Shown in pieces: positions 19,538 through 28,044 of a stretch of DNA of 64,000 nucleotides; the stretch's first letter is position 1, and every line of letters starts with the position of its first letter. The notes beneath the pieces were generated by a model that saw only the letters and a list, made by a program, of their open reading frames with translations, was not told the DNA's origin and did no database searches. The stretch comes from an uncultured Planctomycetia bacterium. Its GTDB lineage: Bacteria > Omnitrophota > Gorgyraeia > 2-01-FULL-45-10. The position numbers and the translations under genes were made by a program. Location of the stretch: the NCBI GenBank assembly GCA_964433975.1, contig CAYSSS010000001.1, positions 78,257 to 142,256 of the forward strand, written 5' to 3'.

Positions 19538-21205
19538 ATGAAGATAAAAATATTTGTAATAATTCTACTGTCGATATTCGCCGTATTAACGATATCGAGT
19601 ATGCGGCAAAATTCGGCTACTTGCGACGAGATAGCGCATCATATACCCGTAGGATATGTTTTATTGAATAAATGGGATTTCAAGATGGATACATCGCAAC
19701 CGCCACTGCCGCGATATATAGTAGCTTTACCGTTGAAACTATTTATGAATATAAATATGCCCGATGACAGGGCTCTTTGGAGGGTGCAAGACCGGTCTAT
19801 TTTCGGCAGGGATTTTTTCTACAAATATAATCGTGATCAGATCAAGATGGTCTTTTTTGCCAGGATGGCCGTTGTTTTTATAGGTATGTTATGCGGTCTG
19901 CTGCTATTTATATGGGCAAAGTCACTTTGGGGCGAAAGAGCCGCTCTATTTAGCCTGTTTTTTTACGCTCTTTCTCCAAATATATTGGCTCATGCCGGTC
20001 TTGCCACCACTGATATGGTAGCGACGTTTTTTATACTCCTCTCTTGTTATTCATTCTGGCTCTTCCTGAAGAATGCTTCAATCACAAATATCATATTCGC
20101 GGCTGTCTGTCTTGGGCTGGCTGAGCTCTCTAAATACACGGCCATCCTGCTTTATCCGATATTCTTACTGTCATTGCGAGGAGTCCCGCCGAAGACCCTC
20201 GACCTCGCCGAGAGGCGAGCGGGACGACGAAGCAATCCCACAATTTCAAAGTTCCTGTCCGTTATCTTTTTATCTTTGATCGTTGTGTGGGCCGCCTATG
20301 GATTTGAATTTCAACCATTACTTAAAGATTCGATGCGCCTCGATGAAAAACTTCAGATCGCACACAATATCGCTAAAAAAGTATACCCGCATATCAGCCC
20401 GGCGGCAATTGACCGCCTGGACGATTTTTTACTGAAGGTCCCGGTGCCGTTGGGCAGCCACATTCTCGGGATAATGGGCGTGTTTCGTCACGGTTACGAA
20501 GGGCATAGTACTTATTTTTTGGGGAGGTGGTCAAGTCACGGCGATCCGCTCTATTTTTTAGTCGCTTTTTTGATAAAGACACCCATACCGCTAATCATTT
20601 TTTTGCTCATTGGTATTTTCATATTTTTGAAGCAGAGATCGCAGATGGGAGAGAGGTTTATTTTTATCGTAGCGGCCGTATTCTTTGTGGCGTCATCTTT
20701 AAGCGGGCTGAAGTTGGGGTTAAGGCACATATTGCCCCTTTACCCGTTCTGTTTCATGATATGCGGCGGTGCCGTAGTGCTATTGAAGAAGAAATATGTT
20801 AATATACTATTGTATAGTCTAATGGCATGGTATGCGTTTATATCGGTCAAAACATGGCCGCATTATTTGGGCTACTTTAATGAAGCGATAGGCGGTCCGG
20901 CAAACGGATATAAATACCTCAGGGATTCAAACGTTGATTGGGGGCAGGACCTGCCGTCACTATCGCGGTATATGGAGAAAAACGGTATAAAAGAGATAGC
21001 GCTTGAATATTTCGGACAGGCGGACCCGGTTGTTTACGGCGTTCATTACAGAAAGTTTATGCCGGATGAATTTGAAAAGCCGCATGACGCGGTTTATGCC
21101 GTAAGCGCCCAATATCTGGAGGGTGTCAAATGGACGAAGGATCATAAACCTGCGGCAGCCGCAGGCTATTCTATATTTATCTATGATTTTGCCAAGGAAA
21201 AATAG
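19538..21205 (+). CDS. GT-C membrane glycosyltransferase (paralogue of 5767-7491) carrying an in-frame palindromic insertion
   Basis: TCDEIAHH, QPPL, SPNILAH..LATTD, SKYTA, LGLRHILP, DSNVDWGQD; insert reads SLRGVPPKTLDLAERRAGRRSNP. Confidence 0.82.
   Translation: MKIKIFVIILLSIFAVLTISSMRQNSATCDEIAHHIPVGYVLLNKWDFKMDTSQPPLPRYIVALPLKLFMNINMPDDRALWRVQDRSIFGRDFFYKYNRDQIKMVFFARMAVVFIGMLCGLLLFIWAKSLWGERAALFSLFFYALSPNILAHAGLATTDMVATFFILLSCYSFWLFLKNASITNIIFAAVCLGLAELSKYTAILLYPIFLLSLRGVPPKTLDLAERRAGRRSNPTISKFLSVIFLSLIVVWAAYGFEFQPLLKDSMRLDEKLQIAHNIAKKVYPHISPAAIDRLDDFLLKVPVPLGSHILGIMGVFRHGYEGHSTYFLGRWSSHGDPLYFLVAFLIKTPIPLIIFLLIGIFIFLKQRSQMGERFIFIVAAVFFVASSLSGLKLGLRHILPLYPFCFMICGGAVVLLKKKYVNILLYSLMAWYAFISVKTWPHYLGYFNEAIGGPANGYKYLRDSNVDWGQDLPSLSRYMEKNGIKEIALEYFGQADPVVYGVHYRKFMPDEFEKPHDAVYAVSAQYLEGVKWTKDHKPAAAAGYSIFIYDFAKEK
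20169..20239 (+). repeat. TGTC-tagged palindromic element, copy 2 (in-frame in CDS)
   Basis: TGTC-ATTGC-GAGGA-GTCCCGC...CTCGCC-GAGA-GGCGAG...GCGGGAC-GACGAA-GCAAT-CCC. Ends match copy 1; the centre is longer and holds a GNRA-capped hairpin. Confidence 0.88.
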
Positions 21206-21229
21206 GAGAGAAATAGATCAGGCTATTTT

Positions 21230-22804
21230 ATGAAGATATTGCTGATATATCCTAATAAAACGATGACTACCCGCATACCTATAGGGATAGGTTATTTAAT
21301 CGCTTACTTGAAACATGCGGGGCATGAAATAGATATTTTTGATACGACTTTCATGGATTGCGGCAGCGGAGTAAGCGATGATAATTTGCGCGCCGCTTCA
21401 CTTCAAGTGCGTAACCCTGATTTCGCTCAATATAATCTGGTTACAAAAAAAACTGATATAACGAATGAATTATACGAAAAAGTAGAAGTTTTTAAGCCTG
21501 ATATAGTCGCGGTAAGTGTGGTCGACCCAAACTATCGCTTTGGTTTAGTGCTAGCAAAAAAAATAAAAGAAATAAATAAAAATATTTTTGTAATTTTTGG
21601 CGGTCCTACTGCTACATTTTCTCCCGAAGAGGTGATCATAGAAGATGTTGTCGACGCGATTTGTGTGGGCGAAGGAGAGCAGGCCTTGCCCGAATTATGT
21701 GCCGCTATTGAGAAAGGCTGGGAAATAAAGAATATAAAAAATATTTGGTGTAAGGAGAAGGGGGGTATTTATCGTAATGATGTCCGTCCATTGATCGATC
21801 TGGATACGCTTCTGCCTCCGGACTGGAGCATGTTCGATGAGCGTCACCTTATACGCCCTTTTGGCGGCAAGATGTACCGCATGGGTGTTTTTGCCATTAC
21901 CAGGGGGTGTCTGTTCCGATGTACGTATTGCGCTAATTTTGCCTTGTCAAGTATTTACAAAGGAAAAGGATCCCTTTATCGTATTCAGGACCCGGAAAAG
22001 ATGGTAAACCAAATAGCGGAGTTTAAGCACCGTTATAATTTAAACTTTGTTTTTTTTGTAGATGATATTTTCCCATTACATAAGCCGGATGTTTTAGATA
22101 AATTTTGCTCGCTCTATAAAGAAAAAGTACGCCTTCCGTTTAATGTCAGTTTGCATGCCGAGCTTGTCAATGAAGCACAGTTTGCTAAGCTGGTTGATGC
22201 GGGATGCCGTAACGTTTGTTTAGGTTTAGAATCGGGCAGTCCCAGGATAAGAGAAGCGATCTTTGATCGAAAATGCAGCGATGCCCAGATTATAGAGGCT
22301 TTCCGTCTGGCGCATAAATATAAAATACGAAGTTCGACATTTAATATTATCGGCATACCCGGAGAGTCCAGAAAAGATATTTTTCAAACCATTGATTTAA
22401 ATCGCAAGGCAAACCCCGCCACCGCTACCCTTACTTTTTTACATCCTTATCGCGGCACTAAAGTCAGAGATATTTGCATAAAAGAATCAATATTTGATAT
22501 TGGTAAAGAAAAGGAGCATGAGGACGGTTACCGGACAGATTCTTGTTTAAATCTCAAAAATATTTCCGCCAAAGAATTAAAAGGTATTTTTAAAACATTC
22601 CAGATGTATTTGAAAATGCCAAAAATATGCTACATTTTTATACGTCTGGCCGAAGGCGAATCAATTTTTTCTAAAATAATTTTTTCTTTTTTAAAGAAGA
22701 TATTTTACTGTATTACCTACAAAGAAGCGGTATGGGATTTTAGTAATGATCTTGCATTTTCTTCGAATAATTATGATAAATCGGCAGAAGGAACCCAAAA
22801 ATGA
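21230..22804 (+). CDS. B12-binding radical SAM protein
   Basis: PIGIGYL, FDTTF, GGPTAT, GEGE, TRGCLFRCTYC, GLESG, GIPGES. Confidence 0.9.
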   Translation: MKILLIYPNKTMTTRIPIGIGYLIAYLKHAGHEIDIFDTTFMDCGSGVSDDNLRAASLQVRNPDFAQYNLVTKKTDITNELYEKVEVFKPDIVAVSVVDPNYRFGLVLAKKIKEINKNIFVIFGGPTATFSPEEVIIEDVVDAICVGEGEQALPELCAAIEKGWEIKNIKNIWCKEKGGIYRNDVRPLIDLDTLLPPDWSMFDERHLIRPFGGKMYRMGVFAITRGCLFRCTYCANFALSSIYKGKGSLYRIQDPEKMVNQIAEFKHRYNLNFVFFVDDIFPLHKPDVLDKFCSLYKEKVRLPFNVSLHAELVNEAQFAKLVDAGCRNVCLGLESGSPRIREAIFDRKCSDAQIIEAFRLAHKYKIRSSTFNIIGIPGESRKDIFQTIDLNRKANPATATLTFLHPYRGTKVRDICIKESIFDIGKEKEHEDGYRTDSCLNLKNISAKELKGIFKTFQMYLKMPKICYIFIRLAEGESIFSKIIFSFLKKIFYCITYKEAVWDFSNDLAFSSNNYDKSAEGTQK

Positions 22805-23532
22805 GCGAGAGTATCCTTTTAACAATTGTTATACCGGCTTATAACGAAGAAAGAACCATTGGCAATACGCTTGAAGAAATAGCCGGTTATTTGGATAAGA
22901 GAGGCTTTTCTTATGAAATGATCGTTGTGGACGACGGATCTACAGACGGGACGTTTGAAAACGCTCAAAGTTGCGCAAAGCTTTTCGGTGATTTGAAAGT
23001 TTTGAAAAATAATATCAACATGGGCAAGGGTTATTCGGTAAAAAGGGGCATTCTTTCCGCGCGCGGGGAATATACGCTTTTCATGGATGCGGACAATTCC
23101 ACGTCAATCTATGAATTTGACAAATTCTTACCTTATCTTAAAGACAGGTGCGATGTGGTGATCGCTTCAAGGCGTCTAAAAAATTCAGACGTTAAAGAGC
23201 CGCAGCCGTTCTTAAGAGCAATCATGGGATTATTCTATATAATCCTGTCAAAGATCATGCTGGGCATGCAGATCAACGATTTCAATTGCGGATTTAAAGC
23301 ATACCTGAGCAAGGCGGCAAAGTTTTTATGCGAAAAACAAAAAATGGATGACTGGAGCTTTGATACGGAGCTATTATTTATCGCAAAAAAGCATGGTTTC
23401 AGGATAAAAGAGGTGCCTGTCAGATGGGTCCATAAAAGCGGCTCCAAGGTAAACCCCTTCAAGGACGGCGTAGGATCTTTCCTGAGCCTTATAAAAATAA
23501 AACGGAACGATACAAGTCGCAAATATGACTAA
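22801..23532 (+). CDS. Polyprenol-phosphate glycosyltransferase (ALG5/DPG-synthase-like GT2)
   Basis: IPAYNEE, VDDGSTD, GKGYSV, FMDADNST, DFNCGFK, FDTE; paralogue of 14932. Confidence 0.88.
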   Translation: MSESILLTIVIPAYNEERTIGNTLEEIAGYLDKRGFSYEMIVVDDGSTDGTFENAQSCAKLFGDLKVLKNNINMGKGYSVKRGILSARGEYTLFMDADNSTSIYEFDKFLPYLKDRCDVVIASRRLKNSDVKEPQPFLRAIMGLFYIILSKIMLGMQINDFNCGFKAYLSKAAKFLCEKQKMDDWSFDTELLFIAKKHGFRIKEVPVRWVHKSGSKVNPFKDGVGSFLSLIKIKRNDTSRKYD

Positions 23533-25576
23533 GCATAAGAGCAGGGAAAATTGCCTGATATATTTAGCCGACCTCGTGCATAATTATGCCTCGAAGGGCC
23601 CTTATACCTTCCCCATTAATATAGGGTATCTGGCTTCTTACGCAAAGAAACTATACGGTGGTAAAGTCCGGATAAAACTTTTTAAATTCCCGCTTGATTT
23701 AATAAATGCTATAAAAAAACAGAGGCCCGACATCGTTGCCCTCAGCAATTATACCTGGAACATAGATATCAACAATAAAATAATTTCCTGGGTCAAAGCG
23801 GCTTACGAAGGCATAGTAACGGTATTCGGCGGCCCGGATTACCCTGTTACATACGGGGAATCGCTGGATTATTTGAAAAGAACCAAAGACCTTGATTTTT
23901 ACGTCCTTCAGCAGGGCGAAAAAGGCTTTGTCAATATTATTCAAAGATATTTTGAAAGCCCGTCTTTAAACGATATGAAGGAAAAAGTATTGGAAAATTG
24001 CTCTTTTTATAATAGGCGCACGGGCAAGCTTGTTGTTTCTGAGAGGTATAATTGGATAGAGGATATAGGAGAAATACCGTCTCCATATCTGACAGGTGTC
24101 CTGGATGATTTTTTCAAGGATAATCTCATACCGTTAATCGAGACTAACAGGGGCTGTCCTTATTCATGTATTTATTGCGCATGGGGCAAAGCGAGCCAAA
24201 AAAAAGTATTTCGGTTTCCGGCCAAAAGAATAAAGGAAGAGCTTGAATATATCTCAAAAAAAATAGACAATGTCAGTCTTCTTATGATAGCGGATGCGAA
24301 TTTTGGAATATTCGAGAGCGACGCGGATATCGCTAAATTTTTGAAGCATGTCAACAGGAAGTACGGATATCCTAAAGATATTAATCTTACATGGGCGAAG
24401 ACCAATCCTAATCGTGTCGTTAAAATCGCAGAGATATTGGGTGACATGATCAGCGCATCCAGCGCTTTCGGATCATTTCAGACTACAGACCCGGAGGTAA
24501 TGGCTAATATCAAGAGGACAAATTTTACCCTGGAGCAATTTAAAAAAATTCAGGATGTCTTTATTAAAAAAAATATTTCCACGTCCTCAGAATTAATACT
24601 GGCACTGCCGGGCGAAACCAAAAAATCGCATTTGAACGGCTTAAAAGAAATGTTTGAATGCGATACCAACGCTATAGTTAACTACAATTTGCGTCTTTTA
24701 GGCGGGAGCGAATTGAACACAGCCGCAAGCAGGGAAAGATTCGGTATTAAGACAAAATTTAGGCTGATAGACGGCGGATTCGGCAAGTATGGTGACATCC
24801 TTTCTATAGAAAGCGAAGAGATGGTGCTCGGCAATAATACTATGTCCATGGATGATATTCTGTATTTCAGGCCGGCGCATTTTCTGATACAATTTTTATG
24901 GAATTACGGATATTATAAAGAGCCGCTATTCTATCTGAAATCGAAAGAGATTAATCCCATCGATCTTATAATTTCTTTGATCGAAAATAGAAAAAAAGCA
25001 CCCTTATCCATAAAAACAATCCTGGATGACTTCATAAATGAATCATATGGTGAGTGGTTTGACTCAAAGGAGGGGCTATTTAAGCACTACGCCATGCCGG
25101 ATAATTTTGAAAAGTTGAAAAAAGGCGGCTTTGGCAAACTGAACTATAAGTATACATACAAAATATTATTAGAGCGAAAAAATGATTTTGACGAATATCT
25201 ATATGGCATGCTGCGGAATATGCTTGAGGCAAGGAGGCCGGTAACATCCGATGTCAAAGAACAGATAGATGATTTATTTAGCTATACCCGCAATATATTC
25301 ATAGATTTCGAAGATCTTGTTAATGATCGTACCGAGGACAAGGTGATAGGACTTAGATATGATATTTTGGCATGGAAAAAAGAACGCTATAAAAAGGCGT
25401 TGGGAGAATTTAAGTCTGCCGGCCTAAAATTAAGATTTTACCTGCCTGAAGAACAGGCGCTGGCTCTGAAAAAGCTTTGTTTGCAATTTCAGGGGATAGA
25501 TCTCAACCAGACCTTGCGAAAGATGTCGGAATATATCAACGAAAAAGACCTCACTAATAAAGTAGACTACGCATAA
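23525..25576 (+). CDS. Large B12-binding radical SAM protein
   Basis: FPINIGYL, SNYTWN, GGPD, SPYLTG, ETNRGCPYSCIYCAWG, DANFG, LPGET. Confidence 0.88.
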   Translation: MTKHKSRENCLIYLADLVHNYASKGPYTFPINIGYLASYAKKLYGGKVRIKLFKFPLDLINAIKKQRPDIVALSNYTWNIDINNKIISWVKAAYEGIVTVFGGPDYPVTYGESLDYLKRTKDLDFYVLQQGEKGFVNIIQRYFESPSLNDMKEKVLENCSFYNRRTGKLVVSERYNWIEDIGEIPSPYLTGVLDDFFKDNLIPLIETNRGCPYSCIYCAWGKASQKKVFRFPAKRIKEELEYISKKIDNVSLLMIADANFGIFESDADIAKFLKHVNRKYGYPKDINLTWAKTNPNRVVKIAEILGDMISASSAFGSFQTTDPEVMANIKRTNFTLEQFKKIQDVFIKKNISTSSELILALPGETKKSHLNGLKEMFECDTNAIVNYNLRLLGGSELNTAASRERFGIKTKFRLIDGGFGKYGDILSIESEEMVLGNNTMSMDDILYFRPAHFLIQFLWNYGYYKEPLFYLKSKEINPIDLIISLIENRKKAPLSIKTILDDFINESYGEWFDSKEGLFKHYAMPDNFEKLKKGGFGKLNYKYTYKILLERKNDFDEYLYGMLRNMLEARRPVTSDVKEQIDDLFSYTRNIFIDFEDLVNDRTEDKVIGLRYDILAWKKERYKKALGEFKSAGLKLRFYLPEEQALALKKLCLQFQGIDLNQTLRKMSEYINEKDLTNKVDYA

Positions 25577-25587
25577 TCACCCCATCC

Positions 25588-25647
25588 TAATGATAACGAA
25601 TAACTAGTAATGATTTTTGTTGCATTCATAGCGATATGGGGTAAACT
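25588..25647 (+). promoter_or_regulatory. Degenerate copy of the repeat+promoter block found at 26719-26789
   Basis: Three 10-bp-phased units TAATGATAAC/GAATAACTAG/TAATGATTTT, then TTGCAT-N16-TAAACT. Aligns with the 26.7-kb block (ACTAGTAATGA..GTTG(A)CATT..GAT.TGGGGTA). Confidence 0.6.
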
Positions 25648-25675
25648 GTGAGGCAGCGATAACGTCAAATAACGC

Positions 25676-25703
25676 TTGACTTCGCATAATGTTTCTATAA
25701 AAT
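25676..25703 (+). promoter_or_regulatory. Possible sigma70 promoter TTGACT-N16-TAAAAT for the FkbM gene
   Basis: Hexamers read directly in the 231-nt intergenic gap. Confidence 0.4.
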
Positions 25704-25807
25704 GCTATATACGGTTGACAAGCTTATCAAAATTTAGAGGCATACCGGTTGTAAAAATTGAGGACTGTCATTTGATTAAACAAGAAAAATCGACAAAAGG
25801 ATAGAAT

Positions 25808-26539
25808 ATGAAATTAAACTTAACATCCATAAACAACAGGCTAAAATCCTGTTTGGCAAGAATCTTATCGAACATACAGATTAAGCATAAGATACCCGTA
25901 AACAATGGCTATGTATATTTGAATGATGGCTGCTTCCTGGACGCCTACAAGGCAGAAACATTCATGGTGGACTGGATAAACTCAATAGGCGGTGGTGTAG
26001 TTTACGACATAGGCGCGAATGTAGGAACCTATTCGATCCTTTTGGCGAAGAAATGCAAAGTATACTCCATAGAACCCTCCATAAAAACGCTTAATATACT
26101 ACAGAAAAATCTCGTATCTAACAACGTGTTTGACAAGGTAACCATACTACCTTTCGCGGTATCCGATAGCTGTAAAGTACAGAAATATGGCCATTATGCT
26201 ACGGTTGTTAATATTGACGCAAGAGGATATACCGAAGATTCTAAATACTTCACGGACAGAAAAATGACGCAAACCCACGATCTATTGTCGTTTGACCTCG
26301 ATACATTAGTCAAATTATTTAATCTCCCATATCCTGACTATATAAAAATTGACGTAGACGGCGCCGAACTTAACGTATTAAAAGGCGCCAAGGAAACTAT
26401 GAAGCATGCCAAGGTTATGATAGTAGAAATAAATGACAAAGAGGCGCTAAGCCTATTAAAGGATTTCTCGGTTACACGGTTGACCAATTACGATAACGAA
26501 CATGACTATTATCTATGCAAAAACAAACAAGTAGAATGA
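25808..26539 (+). CDS. FkbM-family SAM methyltransferase
   Basis: YDIGANVGTYS, IEPS, PDYIKIDVDGAEL.VLKGA. Confidence 0.9.
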   Translation: MKLNLTSINNRLKSCLARILSNIQIKHKIPVNNGYVYLNDGCFLDAYKAETFMVDWINSIGGGVVYDIGANVGTYSILLAKKCKVYSIEPSIKTLNILQKNLVSNNVFDKVTILPFAVSDSCKVQKYGHYATVVNIDARGYTEDSKYFTDRKMTQTHDLLSFDLDTLVKLFNLPYPDYIKIDVDGAELNVLKGAKETMKHAKVMIVEINDKEALSLLKDFSVTRLTNYDNEHDYYLCKNKQVE

Positions 26540-26718
26540 GTATAACCTATATTCAAGCGTTCTGAACCCGACATCAAAAGGCAATCTATCAAGATCGTGT
26601 CTTAACCCTACCATAAATGATGTAACTCTCTACGCCACATACAGAGGCCTCTTCAGCGTATTCGCCAAATGGACCTCTCGTCACAATTGGCTCCTCTTTT
26701 AGTGTGATTCAGCAACTC

Positions 26719-26758
26719 TAATGACTACTAATGACTAGTAATTACTAGTAATGAATTC
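26719..26758 (+). repeat. Four tandem 10-bp direct repeats (consensus TAATGACTAG) abutting a -35 box
   Basis: TAATGACTAC, TAATGACTAG, TAATTACTAG, TAATGAATTC at 26719, 26729, 26739 and 26749. Confidence 0.85.
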
Positions 26759-26760
26759 AG

Positions 26761-26789
26761 TTGACATTTGCAATGATCTGGGGTATCAT
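26761..26789 (+). promoter_or_regulatory. sigma70 promoter TTGACA-N17-TATCAT
   Basis: Consensus -35 at 26761-26766, 17-nt spacer, TATCAT at 26784-26789; SD-like AAAGGTG before ATG 26813. Confidence 0.8.
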
Positions 26790-26812
26790 AAGTCAAAAAG
26801 AAAGGTGTGATC

Positions 26813-27052
26813 ATGGAAATAAACCCGCATGAGGTGTACACCACCGAAGAGGCTCAGCGCATTCTTAAGATAAGCCCTTCTACTACAATGAGGCTGATTA
26901 AGAAAGGGATGATACGAACTGCTAAGGTCGGCAAACAATATCGTATTCTTGGTAAGGAGCTATTGAGGGTGGTCTCTCCTAAGCTTGAGGATAAGGTTGG
27001 CAGGATCTATAATAAAGGACGGAAGTGGGTCCACGAGGGCATTGAGGAGTAA
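26813..27052 (+). CDS. Small excisionase/BldC-like helix-turn-helix protein (HTH_17)
   Basis: VYTTEEAQRILKISPSTTMRLIKKG.IRTAKVGKQYRI matches the T..EA..L..S..T..R....G.....K.G..YRI pattern. Confidence 0.85.
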   Translation: MEINPHEVYTTEEAQRILKISPSTTMRLIKKGMIRTAKVGKQYRILGKELLRVVSPKLEDKVGRIYNKGRKWVHEGIEE

Positions 27053-27060
27053 GGATATTT

Positions 27061-28044
27061 ATGTCTAAAGTCTTGATTACCGGCGGTGCCGGATACATAG
27101 GATCTGTTATGAGTAATTTTTTTCTACTGAACGGATACGATGTAAAAGTGGCAGACCTGCTATGGTTTAAAAAAGATGCGCCTTCTCTTTATCGGGGCAA
27201 CCCGCGATACTCGTTTGTTAAGGGCGACATATGCGACGCTGCTTTTAGAGATAGCCTTTTAGAAGATATAGATTTTGTGGTCCATGCCGCGGCGGTTGTA
27301 GGCGATCCCGCAAGCAAAAAATTTCCGGATTTAACATATAAGATCAATTACGAAGCCTCTATTAAACTTATCGATAAAGCGAGAAATTCCAGCGTAAAAG
27401 GTTTTATATTTCTTTCGACATGCTCAAATTATGGTATTTCGGAAGGCCTGGCAAATGAAGAATCGCCCCTTAAGCCGCTCTCTCTGTACGCCGAGACCAA
27501 GGTTGACGTGGAGCGGTACCTGATAGACAAGGTTAGCGACCTGGATTGGGTTATTTGCAGGCTGTCTACTGTGTACGGAGTATCACCAAGAATGAGGTTT
27601 GATCTCACGGTGAATGATTTCGTATTAAATGCTCTTACCACTAAATACCTCAATATATTCCTGCCTTATACATACAGGCCATATATACATGTTTCTGACG
27701 CGGGCCGGGTAATTTCGGAGATTGTAAAAAAATTTGATAAAACAAAAAGAAATATTTTTAATATAGGCTTTGATGGCGAGAATTACCAGAAGATAGAGAT
27801 CGCAAACGCGATCTCCGGATTTATCCCGGACGTCAAGATCAGCGTTACGGAGAAGGGCGCCGATAGCAGGGACTACCAGGTTGATTTTTCTAAACTGCAA
27901 AAATATGTAGATTTAAAAAATTCCTTCAGAGTGGAAAGTGGCATCAAGGAAGTCCTGGGTTTGTTGAATTCCGGCAAAATTACGGATCCTAAAGAGGATA
28001 TTTATTATAACACCTCACCGGACACAGGAGGTCTAACGGGATGA
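27061..28044 (+). CDS. NAD-dependent epimerase/dehydratase (putative LegB-like step)
   Basis: TGGAGYIGS, STCSNYG, YAETK, RLSTVYG.SPRMRFDL; first gene of the nonulosonate block. Confidence 0.8.
   Translation: MSKVLITGGAGYIGSVMSNFFLLNGYDVKVADLLWFKKDAPSLYRGNPRYSFVKGDICDAAFRDSLLEDIDFVVHAAAVVGDPASKKFPDLTYKINYEASIKLIDKARNSSVKGFIFLSTCSNYGISEGLANEESPLKPLSLYAETKVDVERYLIDKVSDLDWVICRLSTVYGVSPRMRFDLTVNDFVLNALTTKYLNIFLPYTYRPYIHVSDAGRVISEIVKKFDKTKRNIFNIGFDGENYQKIEIANAISGFIPDVKISVTEKGADSRDYQVDFSKLQKYVDLKNSFRVESGIKEVLGLLNSGKITDPKEDIYYNTSPDTGGLTG

Noticed and set aside
20073-20279. 68-aa alternative-frame ORF containing CHCEESRR...DEAI
   Set aside because: It is just another reading of the palindromic element inside the GT-C gene, not a separate gene.
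26719-26758. Tandem repeats as a possible CRISPR array or iteron origin
   Set aside because: Units are 10 bp with no spacers and there is no cas or rep gene; an operator array fits better.
26540-27052. Prophage or ICE boundary suggested by the excisionase-like gene
   Set aside because: No integrase, tRNA, att-like duplication or phage gene is visible in the window.
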